This document shows, one piece after another, positions 1 to 9,351 of a stretch of DNA of 49,261 nt. Position numbers and translations under genes: made by a program. Origin of the DNA: Candidatus Hydrogenedentota bacterium (GTDB taxonomy: Bacteria; Hydrogenedentota; Hydrogenedentia; Hydrogenedentales; JAEUWI01). The notes beneath the pieces were generated by a model. The model did no database searches and was not told where the DNA came from. It saw only the letters and a program-made list of their open reading frames with translations. Every line of letters starts with the position of its first letter. The first letter of the stretch is position 1. The stretch covers positions 1 to 49,261 of the forward strand of contig JAXMOL010000055.1 in the NCBI GenBank assembly GCA_034669905.1. The letters are read 5' to 3'.

Positions 1-190
1 CTGGGAGCGCTCGCCTCGCCACCAAGTGCCCTATCACTTCGGCGGTAGCGTGCTCGTTTCGTGCCGAGAAGAACCGTTTCGGCCGATTCCGTCAGAAGAG
101 GGGGACAGCCCCGCCCTCCAAGTAGACTTTCCTTTTTCTGGCTCACGGGTTGGCCCCGTGGCGTATTTTCCATAGTGGGATGATGGGGTC

Positions 191-212
191 GAGGCAGTCC
201 CCGGGGACTGCC
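191..212. repeat. REP-like palindrome GGCAGTCCCC-GGGGACTGCC
   Basis: Perfect 20-bp palindrome at 193-212; GAGGCAGTCCCCG recurs at 47006-47018 and with one mismatch at 47252-47264. Confidence 0.6.
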
Positions 213-249
213 CTGACCGCCCCACGATTCTTAACGTCGTCCATGGGAG

Positions 250-278
250 TTGACAGGCTGAAACATTAATCATATAAT
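250..278 (+). promoter_or_regulatory. sigma70 promoter of the rrf2-nnrS-ric operon
   Basis: Consensus TTGACA (250-255), 17 nt, TATAAT (273-278); AAGGAG RBS at 290-295. Confidence 0.85.
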
Positions 279-291
279 GACATGTGATTAA
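266..291. promoter_or_regulatory. Putative Rrf2 operator, site 1
   Basis: Inverted repeat TTAATCATAT-N6-ATGTGATTAA over the -10; 19/24 identical to 734-757. Confidence 0.7.
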
Positions 292-303
292 GGAGTAGTT
301 AGC

Positions 304-720
304 ATGATTTCGAAAACAGCCCTTCATAGCCTTAAGGCCGTCGTGGCCCTGGCGGAGCGTGCCGGTGAGTTTCAGGGGGCCGCCCATATCGCGGAAAAAA
401 TCGGGGCGCCCCAGAACTACCTCGGGAAGTTGCTTCAGGGCATGGCGCAGGAAGGCATTGTTTATTCCCAGAAGGGGATGGGCGGTGGCTTTTGTCTTGC
501 CAAAGATGCTTCCGAGATTACCCTCTTCGATGTGGTGGAGCCGGTGGACCATGTCAGTCGCTGGGAAGGATGCTTCATGGGGAAGGAGGCCTGCGATGCG
601 GCCAATCCCTGTGCGCTCCATGACCAGTGGGTGGGCGTGCGGCAGGGCTATTTGAAGATGCTGAAAGATGCGACCCTGGCCGATATCGTGGAGCACCGGG
701 CCACATTGCCCCTCGGATAA
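304..720 (+). CDS. Rrf2-family (NsrR/IscR-like) Fe-S transcriptional regulator
   Basis: Winged-HTH IAEKIGAPQNYLGKLLQ..SQKGMGGGF, ITLFDVV, Cys triad CFMGKEACDAANPC. Confidence 0.92.
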   Translation: MISKTALHSLKAVVALAERAGEFQGAAHIAEKIGAPQNYLGKLLQGMAQEGIVYSQKGMGGGFCLAKDASEITLFDVVEPVDHVSRWEGCFMGKEACDAANPCALHDQWVGVRQGYLKMLKDATLADIVEHRATLPLG

Positions 721-733
721 ATTTTTTGCGCTA

Positions 734-757
734 TAATACGATAAGCACATGTGATTA
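734..757. promoter_or_regulatory. Putative Rrf2 operator, site 2 (upstream of nnrS)
   Basis: TAATACGAT-AAGCAC-ATGTGATTA overlapping TATAAT at 732-737. Confidence 0.6.
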
Positions 758-805
758 GATAGAAATGTGCTGGCGATGAAAATACATGACAAGGACAACT
801 TAAAG

Positions 806-2221
806 ATGGCAGAAATCACCCTTAACCGACAAAAAGACACGACAAAATGCGTCGTATCTGAAGCGGCCCGTGAACACGCCGCAGGGCACTACCGGTCCTT
901 TTTCATGACGGGCATCCTGGTGGCCTTGAGTCTGGGGGCGGTCTGGGGTGCTTGGCTACTCGTGCGTATCGCCGTGTCGGGCTCCTTTACCGCTGTCGGG
1001 ATTCACCCGGTCAATGCCCACGGCCATGCGCAGGTATTTGGCTGGGTAGGGCTCTTTGTGATGGGTTTTACGTATCATATGTTTCCCCGCTTCAAAGGTA
1101 CCCGACTCGTCTGGCCTCGGGTGGCCCGCGCGACGTTGGGGCTCATGCTGACCGGCATCCTGTTGCGGTCAGGGGGCGAGGCTTTCCTGGACGGCGGGCA
1201 GGTGCTGTTCGTCGCGGCCTTAGTCGGGAGTGTGCTGGAGATCCTTGCGGTCTTGCTGTTCACGGCAATCGTCATTCAGACGATTCGGTCTTCCGAGCGG
1301 GCCTTCGAAGTCTATGAGGCCTACATCCTTTGTGCCCTGTTCTGGTTCGTGGTGCAGGCGGTCTACTCCACGGTCCACTTTGTGGCACTCGCGCAGGCCC
1401 CTACCGAATCGGCGGTGCTCCTCCAGATTTCCCGCTGGCAGGCACCCCTGCGGGACCTCCAGATCCACGGCTTTGCACTGCTCATGATTTTGGGGGTGAG
1501 CCACCGCATCCTGGATAAGCTCTACCACCTGCCCCGCCCCGGGACACGGTGCAGCCTCACGGTGCTGGTCCTGGTGAATGGGGCCATCCTGTTGGAGACG
1601 TCGGGCTTCGTGGCCATGCGCACCCTGGGGCACCCATTCGCGGGGCTGTGGTACAGCGGCGTCCTGCTGCTCGCCGGAGCAGTTGCCTGGCTGGTCTGGC
1701 GCTGGCGGCTGGATCGGCCGGTGTGGCGTCCCGACCGGAGTATCAAATTCATTCGCGCGGCCTATGTCTGGTTAATGGTCTCATTGGCCATGCTGGTGTT
1801 GCTGCCGGTCTACCAGTTTGGATTGTTGCGGATCTTCGCGCCGGAGAGTGGCGCCGCCGAGCTGGGTTTTTCCCACGCCTACTATGGGGCAATCCGTCAC
1901 GCCGCGACCGTCGGATTTATTAGCATGATGATTTTCGGCGTGGCGGCCAAATTCGTACCGGTATTCAGCGGCGTCGATATCCGGAAACTGAGCTCCCTCT
2001 GGGCGCCATTCCTGTTGTTGAACATCGGCTGCACGCTCCGGGTGCTCTTTCAGATTCTTACCGACTTCACGCCGATGGCCTTTCCCGTGGCGGGGGTGAG
2101 CGGGCTGCTCGAAGTAACCGCCATCACGCTCTGGGGCGGCCACCTGGTGGGCCTGATGTTACAACGGGTTCGTATCACACGCGTGGTATCCGCACCGACC
2201 TCCGAATGTCCTGCGGCGTAG
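806..2221 (+). CDS. nnrS: NnrS-family multi-pass membrane protein (nitrosative stress)
   Basis: About 12 hydrophobic segments, HGHAQVFGWVGLFVMGF and HAATVGFISMMIFG motifs, position between rrf2 and ric; start at ATG 806 after AAGGA (767/776 possible). Confidence 0.75.
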   Translation: MAEITLNRQKDTTKCVVSEAAREHAAGHYRSFFMTGILVALSLGAVWGAWLLVRIAVSGSFTAVGIHPVNAHGHAQVFGWVGLFVMGFTYHMFPRFKGTRLVWPRVARATLGLMLTGILLRSGGEAFLDGGQVLFVAALVGSVLEILAVLLFTAIVIQTIRSSERAFEVYEAYILCALFWFVVQAVYSTVHFVALAQAPTESAVLLQISRWQAPLRDLQIHGFALLMILGVSHRILDKLYHLPRPGTRCSLTVLVLVNGAILLETSGFVAMRTLGHPFAGLWYSGVLLLAGAVAWLVWRWRLDRPVWRPDRSIKFIRAAYVWLMVSLAMLVLLPVYQFGLLRIFAPESGAAELGFSHAYYGAIRHAATVGFISMMIFGVAAKFVPVFSGVDIRKLSSLWAPFLLLNIGCTLRVLFQILTDFTPMAFPVAGVSGLLEVTAITLWGGHLVGLMLQRVRITRVVSAPTSECPAA

Positions 2222-2270
2222 TCACGCTATACCCCTGGCCATGACTGGCAACGACGAAAGGAACAGGACC

Positions 2271-3005
2271 ATGACAACGATCACAGCCGAACAAACCGTG
2301 GGCGAATTGGTTGCTTCCCGCCCTTCCCGCTCCCGGGTCTTTGAGGCCTTTCATATCGACTATTGCTGCGGTGGAAAGCGCTCTCTCCGCGAGGCCTGCC
2401 ACACGAAGGGGATTGGTGTGGACCGTATCCTCGAGGCGCTGGTTTGTGTGGATGCCAACGTTTCGGATCCCGACGAGGAAAACTGTGGAGCCATGCCGCT
2501 CGATGAATTAACGGATCACATCGTGGAACGACACCACGCCTATCTTCGCCGGGAGCTGCCCCGGCTCAATCAACTGGCCGGGAAGGTGCTCAATGCCCAT
2601 GGAGCCAAAGCGCCTCATCTGGCATCGCTGGTTGAGACGCTTCACGCATTGACCCAGGAGTTGGCGTGCCATATGAAAAAGGAGGAGACGATTCTCTTCC
2701 CCGTGATTCGGCAGATGGCCCAATCCCCGGGGCTGCCCTTCATGCCCTTTGGTTCCCTGGCCAATCCCATCAACGCCATGGAAGCGGAACACGATGAAGC
2801 CGGCGGCGGTCTTGGGCGCATGGCCGAGCTGACCGATGATTTTACGCCACCGGATTGGGCCTGCAATACCTACCGCGCATTGCTCGACGGACTCCATGAG
2901 TTGGAGCAGGACCTTCACCAGCATATCCATAAGGAAAACAATATTCTCTTTCCGAAGGCCATCGGGGAAGAGCAGCACCGCCGACACGCCACGACCAACG
3001 CGTAA
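2271..3005 (+). CDS. ric: Iron-sulfur cluster repair di-iron protein (Ric/YtfE/ScdA)
   Basis: IDYCCGG, HHAYLRRELP, HMKKEETILFP, EHDEAG, CNTY, HIHKENNILFP. Confidence 0.95.
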   Translation: MTTITAEQTVGELVASRPSRSRVFEAFHIDYCCGGKRSLREACHTKGIGVDRILEALVCVDANVSDPDEENCGAMPLDELTDHIVERHHAYLRRELPRLNQLAGKVLNAHGAKAPHLASLVETLHALTQELACHMKKEETILFPVIRQMAQSPGLPFMPFGSLANPINAMEAEHDEAGGGLGRMAELTDDFTPPDWACNTYRALLDGLHELEQDLHQHIHKENNILFPKAIGEEQHRRHATTNA

Positions 3006-3105
3006 CGGCCTGGGTTGGACAGCCTACACACGGCGGCGAAACAAGTGCGCCCGGCTGAACGGTGCGGGCCCGCGACGCAGACCCGCACCGCTTTGTGGGT
3101 GTTTG

Positions 3106-3555
3106 TTATGTGGTGCTCATTGTTGGTTCTTGTGGGGTTGCTGTGGATCGGGCCAGTTTTGCAATGGTCCAGTCGCCAGGCCCCAGAAGGCCCAGTGCGG
3201 CCAAAACGACGGCCAGGGTGAGGGAATACTCCATGCCACCGGTTTGGGCGTTGAAGCCGCTGTGGGCCACGAAACTGGCGACGAGCATGGTGAAGACCAT
3301 AGGCACGCTGGCGTATCGCACAAGGACCCCCGCAAGGAGCAATAAACCACCAATGAGTTCGGTGGACCCGGCCAGGAACGCATTCAAGGTGCCCAAGGGA
3401 ATTCCGATGCTCTCCATGTACTGACCCGTCGCCGCGAGGCCATAACCGCCAAACCATCCAAAGAGTTTCTGGCTTCCATGGAAGACAAAGACGGCCCCCA
3501 TCATGAGGCGAAGGGCGAGAAGTGCGATGTTTGTAGTGGTTTGTGTGTTTTTCAT
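3106..3555 (-). CDS. DoxX-family membrane protein
   Basis: LRLMMGAVFVFHGSQKLFGWFGG, GGMEY, GPGDWTI; GGAGA RBS before ATG 3555. Confidence 0.9.
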   Translation of the reverse strand: MKNTQTTTNIALLALRLMMGAVFVFHGSQKLFGWFGGYGLAATGQYMESIGIPLGTLNAFLAGSTELIGGLLLLAGVLVRYASVPMVFTMLVASFVAHSGFNAQTGGMEYSLTLAVVLAALGLLGPGDWTIAKLARSTATPQEPTMSTT

Positions 3556-3638
3556 GGGTGTCTCCTTTGTGGTGTTGGTTTTCTGGTAAGTTATTGTTTG
3601 GTGCATTGATGATATGTCATGTATTGTGGTAAATTTTT

Positions 3639-4121
3639 TTACCGCGTGTCCTGGCAGGAGGGGCAGTGGGCGCGCAGCTTTTCCAATAGTTTGATGGCCT
3701 GCTTCAGCTCTTTCTCGTCCATGTGATCGAGGAGCTGATCGTTGAGTTGCACAATGGGCTTGTCGAGGTCGCTCAGCAGTTTGAGGCCTTTTCCCAGAAT
3801 AGTCACGGTGACCACCCGTCGGTCTGACTCCGAGCGGGTCCGACGAACGAGTCCCTGTTTTTCCAGGCGGTCGATAAGTCCCGTAATGGCCGGCACCACG
3901 GTGACCATCCGCTCGCCCACTTCGAGGATGGGGAGGGGCTCACCGGCACCGCGCAAGATACGCAACACGTTGTACTGCTGGGAGGTGATCCCATGCTCAC
4001 GGAAGAGGCGCGTGAAGGCGATCTGGATGTGATCGGCCGTGCGCTGGAGATTGAGGAGGGCTTCCTCCGCCGTGGAGGTGAATCCCCGGGATTGCTTTAT
4101 TTCGAATTGAAGTTGACTCAT
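3639..4121 (-). CDS. MarR-family transcriptional regulator
   Basis: GITSQQYNVLRIL, ITGLIDRLEKQGLVRR..DRRVV; true start MSQLQ at 4121 (rest of the 472-aa ORF is antisense to mgtE). Confidence 0.92.
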   Translation of the reverse strand: MSQLQFEIKQSRGFTSTAEEALLNLQRTADHIQIAFTRLFREHGITSQQYNVLRILRGAGEPLPILEVGERMVTVVPAITGLIDRLEKQGLVRRTRSESDRRVVTVTILGKGLKLLSDLDKPIVQLNDQLLDHMDEKELKQAIKLLEKLRAHCPSCQDTR

Positions 4122-4127
4122 GTGGGA

Positions 4128-4160
4128 AGTGTACCGCAGATTACTTGACGTGTCAAGTAA
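4128..4160 (-). promoter_or_regulatory. marR promoter with overlapping palindromic operator
   Basis: Minus strand TTGACA-17-TACACT ending 6 nt before the ATG; TTACTTGAC-GT-GTCAAGTAA (4141-4160) covers the -35. Confidence 0.75.
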
Positions 4161-4292
4161 CGTGTGAGGCGGTGTGCGACTTCCCTTCCATAGCGCGCCT
4201 GTTGTATTCTGAACGCATAGATTCGGCTTCACATGGGAGGCCGTTTTTTTTTGCCTCCCCGATTCGCAGCATAGAGCACAGAGAGTAGCCCC

Positions 4293-5666
4293 ATGGAAGA
4301 AGACACACCCGTCGAAACAGAGAATACCCAAGAGCAGTTGGTCGCCATCGTGGAGGAGGGCAAGGCGGAGGACATTGGAGAATTCCTGGATAACATGAAC
4401 TCCAGTGAATTGGCCTTCGCCATGTCGCGCCTGTCCAGCGATGATCGGACGAAGGTGTTGACCACCGTTTCGGCTGAAGATGCGGCCGATATCATCGAGC
4501 AGCTCACGGATGCCCAGGCGGTGGATCTGCTGGAGCAGTTGCCGCCGGATCTGGCAGCGGGCATTCTGGACGAGTTGCCCAGTGACGATCAGGCTGACCT
4601 TATCGCGGAGTTGAGCGACAATAACGCCGAGGCGGTCCTGGCGGAGATGGATCCCGAAGAGGCCGCCAATGCCCGACAGCTGATTCAATACGAAGCCGAC
4701 GTGGCGGGTGGCATCATGGTGAAGGAGTACCTTGCCTATCCTCTCGACGCGACGGTAAAAATGATTGTGGATGATCTCTGTGAGCGGGGGGACGAATACC
4801 GGGATTACGACATCCAGTATTCTTATATCGTAGATCGCCGGAAGCGGGTGAAGGGCGTGTTGCGCATGCATGACCTGCTCATGGCGAAACGAGCGACACC
4901 TATCCAGGACATCATGATTCAGAATCCCGTCTTTGTGCCCGACACCATGACCCTGGATGAGTTGGTCGAATTTTTCGATCAGCACCACTATCTTGGCGTG
5001 CCCGTGGTGGACGAAAAAGAGCGGCTCATCGGCGTGGTCCAACAGGCGGCCGTGCATGAAGCCGTGGCGGAGCAGCGGGATGACGACTACCTGAAGACCC
5101 AGGGTATCGTGGGCGGTGAAGAATTCCGGACCATGCCCCTCATGCGCCGTTCGTCCCGCCGACTTTCGTGGTTGAGTGTGAATATTCTGCTCAACATCGC
5201 GGCGGCGAGTGTGATTGCCTTTTTTCAGGATACCCTGGCCGCCGTAATTGCCCTGGCGGTATTCCTTCCCATTATCAGTGACATGAGTGGCTGCAGCGGC
5301 AGTCAGGCCGTGGCGGTCAGTATGCGGGAGCTTTCCCTCGGTCTCGTGCGGCCCACCGAGTTGCTGTGGGTCTGGATAAAAGAGGCCTCCGTCGGTGTGA
5401 TCAATGGTCTGGTCCTCGGCAGTCTGGTGGCCATCGCAGCGGTGCTGTGGAAAGGCCAGCCCTATCTCGGGCTGGTCGTCGGCGTGGCCCTCTGCCTCAA
5501 CACCATCCTCGCCGTATCCATTGGTGGTTTGCTCCCCCTCGTGCTCAAGCGATTTAACACCGACCCGGCCATCGCCTCCGGCCCGATACTGACGACCATC
5601 ACCGATATGTGCGGATTCTTCCTGGTGCTGGGCATGGCCACCCTGTTATTGGATAAATTGATTTAG
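4293..5666 (+). CDS. mgtE: Magnesium transporter MgtE
   Basis: Acidic N-domain, two CBS domains (AGGIM, VPVVDEKERLIGVV), TM region with SGCSGSQ and DPAIASGPILTTITD. Confidence 0.95.
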   Translation: MEEDTPVETENTQEQLVAIVEEGKAEDIGEFLDNMNSSELAFAMSRLSSDDRTKVLTTVSAEDAADIIEQLTDAQAVDLLEQLPPDLAAGILDELPSDDQADLIAELSDNNAEAVLAEMDPEEAANARQLIQYEADVAGGIMVKEYLAYPLDATVKMIVDDLCERGDEYRDYDIQYSYIVDRRKRVKGVLRMHDLLMAKRATPIQDIMIQNPVFVPDTMTLDELVEFFDQHHYLGVPVVDEKERLIGVVQQAAVHEAVAEQRDDDYLKTQGIVGGEEFRTMPLMRRSSRRLSWLSVNILLNIAAASVIAFFQDTLAAVIALAVFLPIISDMSGCSGSQAVAVSMRELSLGLVRPTELLWVWIKEASVGVINGLVLGSLVAIAAVLWKGQPYLGLVVGVALCLNTILAVSIGGLLPLVLKRFNTDPAIASGPILTTITDMCGFFLVLGMATLLLDKLI

Positions 5667-5705
5667 GAAATGAACCCCGGCCCCCTTGGTGGCGTATAGG
5701 GGGCC

Positions 5706-7292
5706 ATGCAGGTTTTTCGAAGATTCATCGCGGGACTGATACTTCTGATTTGTATGTCCGTCGGCTCCGTGGCCGAAGACTGGCCCCACTGGACCGGTCC
5801 CTTCGGCGTCAATGTATCCGAGGGGCATTCATTGCCCCCAACGTTTGACCGCGAAACGGGCACGCACATCCGTTGGGTGGCCCCCCTGGGCGACGTGGCC
5901 TTTGGCAGTCCCACCGTGTCGGCGGGTCGGGTCTTTGTGGGGACCAACCTGGCCGCCCTGCGGGATGATTCCCGTTTTCAGGGGCAGAAGGGTGGCGTGT
6001 TACTCTGCCTCGATACCCAAACGGGAGCACGGCTGTGGCATCTGGTAAGCCCGGTGCGGACGGAAGGCTTCCCGCCCCATACCCACATGATCCACCAGCG
6101 CTGGGGGATTGCATCCTCGCCCGCCGTGTTGGGGGATAGGGTCTACGTCGTGACCAATGGCGACGACCTCCTTTGTCTTGACGTCAACGGACTGGGAAAC
6201 GGCAATGACGGCCCCTTTCAGGATGAGGCGCATTTTATGGCGGGTGAGGGCCGTGCACCCATTGTGTTGTCTGAAACCGATGCCGATATCATCTGGCGCT
6301 ACGACATTCCCCGCGCGCTCGACGTAGCACCCCATGACACGGCCAGCAGCTCGCCCTTGCTCTTAGACGGTCTGGTCTATGTCACCACCTCGAATGGCAT
6401 CGGAACGGGGAGTCCCGTTTACGCCCTTAATCGGGAGGCCCCGGCCTTCATCGCGGTGGACCAGACAACGGGGTCCTTTCGCGGGCGGGAGCAGGTCGGG
6501 TTGAGCGAAAACCTCTTTCACGCCCAATGGGGCTCCGCCACTACGATGAAGGTGGGGGAGGAGACGCTGGTCTTGCTCGGGGGCAACGATGGCGTGTGCT
6601 ATGCCTTCGAGCCCCTCGCGCCGAGAGGGAGCGAGACCATGGTGCTCCGCTGGCGCTTCGACTGCAATCCACCCCACTACCGACGGGACACCGCAGGCAA
6701 GCGAATCTACTACTACCAGGGCGACGAGCGGGTCTATCAGCGCAAGCGAAAAAGTGGGGAGGCCACCGGGGGCTTCAACGCCGGGGATGGAAGTTTTGTG
6801 GGGCCCAGCGAAATTCTGGCGAGTCCCGTGGGCTATGACGGGAAGGTCTATGTGGCCACCGGGCGCGATCCTACCCACGGTTTGGGCAGGGGCGTGCTGA
6901 CCTGTATCGATGCCCGGGGCGTAGGTGACATCAGCGAAAGCGGATTGGTCTGGCGTTTTGAGGGGATTGGCCGGAGTCTCAGCACCGTCGCCATTGCGGA
7001 TGGACTCGTTTACGCGGCGGACGTACAAGGTACGCTCTACTGTATCGATGCCGGCATGGGCGTCTTGTATTGGCAGCACGACACGGGCCACGAAATCTGG
7101 GGCAACCCACTGGTGGCCGACGGGAAGGTCTACCTGAATACGAAGCAATCGTTTTGGGTGTTTCGGGTGGGTCGAAAAAAGGAGCTGCTGTTTGAGCAAC
7201 GCGGAGGCGGCGCATGCGGACCCATCGCGGCGAATGGCGTGGTGTACGCTGTTATTCGGGGCCAGCTCTACGCGATTGGGGAGAAGGAGTAG
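5706..7292 (+). CDS. Exported PQQ-binding-like beta-propeller repeat protein (BamB-like)
   Basis: Signal peptide, DWPHWTGP start, repeated SSP..G.VY..CLD..G..W blades. Confidence 0.8.
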   Translation: MQVFRRFIAGLILLICMSVGSVAEDWPHWTGPFGVNVSEGHSLPPTFDRETGTHIRWVAPLGDVAFGSPTVSAGRVFVGTNLAALRDDSRFQGQKGGVLLCLDTQTGARLWHLVSPVRTEGFPPHTHMIHQRWGIASSPAVLGDRVYVVTNGDDLLCLDVNGLGNGNDGPFQDEAHFMAGEGRAPIVLSETDADIIWRYDIPRALDVAPHDTASSSPLLLDGLVYVTTSNGIGTGSPVYALNREAPAFIAVDQTTGSFRGREQVGLSENLFHAQWGSATTMKVGEETLVLLGGNDGVCYAFEPLAPRGSETMVLRWRFDCNPPHYRRDTAGKRIYYYQGDERVYQRKRKSGEATGGFNAGDGSFVGPSEILASPVGYDGKVYVATGRDPTHGLGRGVLTCIDARGVGDISESGLVWRFEGIGRSLSTVAIADGLVYAADVQGTLYCIDAGMGVLYWQHDTGHEIWGNPLVADGKVYLNTKQSFWVFRVGRKKELLFEQRGGGACGPIAANGVVYAVIRGQLYAIGEKE

Positions 7293-7529
7293 TGGCAGGG
7301 GCTGTCATCTCTTTCGCTTCCAGCGAAACAGGTCGGAGATGCACCGTAGGGGGAGACTGTCCTGGCAGTATGGCATGTCGTAACGTTTGCGTGGGCGGCG
7401 TGATGTCAACGGACACGGCCGGTACAGCCTCGCACACCGTGATGAACGAATCCAGGTTGCATGGCGGGTTTCAGGGCACGGGCGACCTGCTACGTCTTGT
7501 TCTTTGGAAGTGCGAAGGCAGTCCCATGA

Positions 7530-7651
7530 AAAGAGGACATAGAGGACCTCAACGACGAAAAGGACCACTGACCCGGAAACCCCATCGCCGTGCAGGCGAT
7601 GGAGGGCGGCGTCAATGGTCCTTCAGGTCGTTTTCGTCTTTTGTGTCCTTC
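7530..7651. repeat. Palindrome built of 9-nt tandem units; possible terminator between convergent genes
   Basis: Units ending GGAC/CGAC at 7530-7572 mirrored at 7611-7651 around hairpin CCATCGCC-GTGCA-GGCGATGG. Confidence 0.6.
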
Positions 7652-7659
7652 GCTTCTTC

Positions 7660-8841
7660 TTAGCTATACATCGCCAGGGCGGCCTGGGCACCCACGCTGC
7701 TCTTGATGGGCGCGCCCATGCGGGTCAACACGCTGTCCAGCGCCGTGAGACACAAGATGACATTCTTCTTCGAGCTGGCGTGGCCCATGAGGCCGATGCG
7801 CCAGACCTTGCCCGCACCCGCGCCGAGGCCCGCGCCGATTTCCAGGCTGTATTCGTTGAGCAGGGCCGTGCGGACCGCGCCGTCGTCGATGCCTTCGGGG
7901 ATCTTCACCACGTTGAGCTGGGGCAGGCGACAGGCCGGGTCGACGGGGAGTTCAAGGCCCATGGCTTCGAGGCCGGCCTTCAGGGCCTGGTGATTAAGGG
8001 CGTGGCGCTTCCAGGAATTCTCGAGGCCTTCATCCTGAAGGAGCACGAGGGCTTCGTGGAGGCAGTAGAGGGCGTTGATGGGCGCCGTGTGGTGGTAGGC
8101 CCGTTTGGCACCGGCCTCGGCCCAGTAGCCCATGACGAGGGTCTGGTCCAGGAACCAGCTCTGCACCTTGGTCTTGCGGTTCTTAATCTTGTCTTGTGCC
8201 GCCGCACTGAAACTCACCGGCGAGAGACCGGGGGTGCAGGAGAGGCACTTCTGGCTGCCCGAATAGATAGCGTCAATGCCCCATTCGTCTACCTTCAACT
8301 CGATACCGCCCAGGGAAGTCACCGCATCGACAATCACCAGGGCGCCATGATCGTGGGCCAGCTTCGTGAGGGCCTGGGCATCCGAACGGGCACCGGTCGC
8401 CGTTTCGGCGTGGACGAAGGCCACGATCTTGGCGTCGGGGTTGGCCTTGAGGGCGTCCGCCACTTTGTCGGGACTCGCCGGGCTGCCCCATTCGTCTTCG
8501 ACGACGACGGCCTTGCCGCCGCAGCGCTCCACATTCTCCAGCATGCGCATGCCAAAGACACCGTTCTTGCACACGATGACCGTGTCACCGGGCTCGACCA
8601 GGTTGGCGAAACAGCATTCCATCCCGGCGGAACCGGGGGCCGAGACCGGCATGGTCATTTCATTCTTCGTCTGAAAAGCATACTGAAGGAGGGTCTTCAT
8701 CTCGTCCATCATGCCGATGAAGGCCGGGTCGAGGTGGCCCAGCGTAGGCTTGGAAAGGGCCGCCAATACGCGGGGGTGGATGTCCGACGGGCCGGGGCCC
8801 ATAAGGGTGCGAACGGGCGGGGTAAAGGAAGCGATGGGCAT
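7660..8841 (-). CDS. Alanine-glyoxylate / serine-pyruvate aminotransferase (class V PLP)
   Basis: LMGPGPS, HAETATG, VDAVTS, SGSQKCLS (PLP lysine), YHHT, VWRIGLMG. Confidence 0.93.
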   Translation of the reverse strand: MPIASFTPPVRTLMGPGPSDIHPRVLAALSKPTLGHLDPAFIGMMDEMKTLLQYAFQTKNEMTMPVSAPGSAGMECCFANLVEPGDTVIVCKNGVFGMRMLENVERCGGKAVVVEDEWGSPASPDKVADALKANPDAKIVAFVHAETATGARSDAQALTKLAHDHGALVIVDAVTSLGGIELKVDEWGIDAIYSGSQKCLSCTPGLSPVSFSAAAQDKIKNRKTKVQSWFLDQTLVMGYWAEAGAKRAYHHTAPINALYCLHEALVLLQDEGLENSWKRHALNHQALKAGLEAMGLELPVDPACRLPQLNVVKIPEGIDDGAVRTALLNEYSLEIGAGLGAGAGKVWRIGLMGHASSKKNVILCLTALDSVLTRMGAPIKSSVGAQAALAMYS

Positions 8842-8944
8842 GATTCTCTCCAGAATTATTGGGGCCACCAATCGGGCCGGGGTCCTACGACGAAACAGGC
8901 CACAGTATAAAGGGCGGGCCTGTGTCTTTCCAAGAACGGGGGAG

Positions 8945-8986
8945 GTTGGCAGTTGATAGTTGACGGTTGAAAGTTGTCAGTTGACG
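8945..8986 (+). repeat. Degenerate heptamer array (GTTGNNR)x6
   Basis: gttggca gttgata gttgacg gttgaaa gttgtca gttgacg. Confidence 0.8.
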
Positions 8987-9092
8987 GTCGTGCCAAATAT
9001 GAGCAAGCCATTCGGCCGTGAGGAGTCTAGGGTGTGGAACGCGGCGTCGTACCTTTGCCTGCTGTGTGGATTGCGAGGCCCATCCCTTCGTG

Positions 9093-9134
9093 CCACGCGA
9101 TGGTGAGTTCCACGAACTTTCGTGTGCGTGGAGC
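9093..9134 (-). repeat. 42-bp dispersed repeat, copy 1
   Basis: Reverse complement GCTCCACGCACACGAAAGTTCGTGGAACTCACCATCGCGTGG matches 9240, 10304 and 32285. Confidence 0.8.
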
Positions 9135-9188
9135 AATGTGGATGGCGCTCATGGTGGGCGACTTATGTCGGGCGTTCTCTTCGTTGCT

Positions 9189-9288
9189 TTGGCTCGGACG
9201 CCCGAAACCGATGGGTCATGCAGTCGGAGAATTTGCTTCCCTCCACGCACATGAAACCTCGTAGTACTCGGTATCACGTGACACAGTG
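9189..9288 (+). repeat. ~100-bp direct repeat A (42-bp core copy 2 at 9240-9281)
   Basis: TTGGCTCGGACGCCCGAA identical to 10253-10270, core at the same 51-nt offset. Confidence 0.8.
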
Positions 9289-9316
9289 AATTTACGACGT
9301 GTCAGGGCTCCATTCC

Positions 9317-9351
9317 TATCAACTGACCACTGTCAACCGTCAACTGCCAAA
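9317..9351 (-). repeat. Degenerate heptamer array x5 containing the esterase stop codon
   Basis: Minus strand tttggca gttgacg gttgaca gtggtca gttgata; inverted relative to 8945-8986. Confidence 0.7.

Noticed and set aside
34..840. 268-aa minus-strand ORF
   Set aside because: Antisense to rrf2 and its promoter, with no recognisable motif
4160..4292. M-box riboswitch upstream of mgtE
   Set aside because: Spacer is short, is shared with the marR promoter, and shows no M-box consensus
4122..5057. N-terminal 311 aa of the 472-aa minus-strand ORF as a MarR fusion
   Set aside because: Mostly the antisense shadow of mgtE; marR has its own promoter directly before ATG 4121
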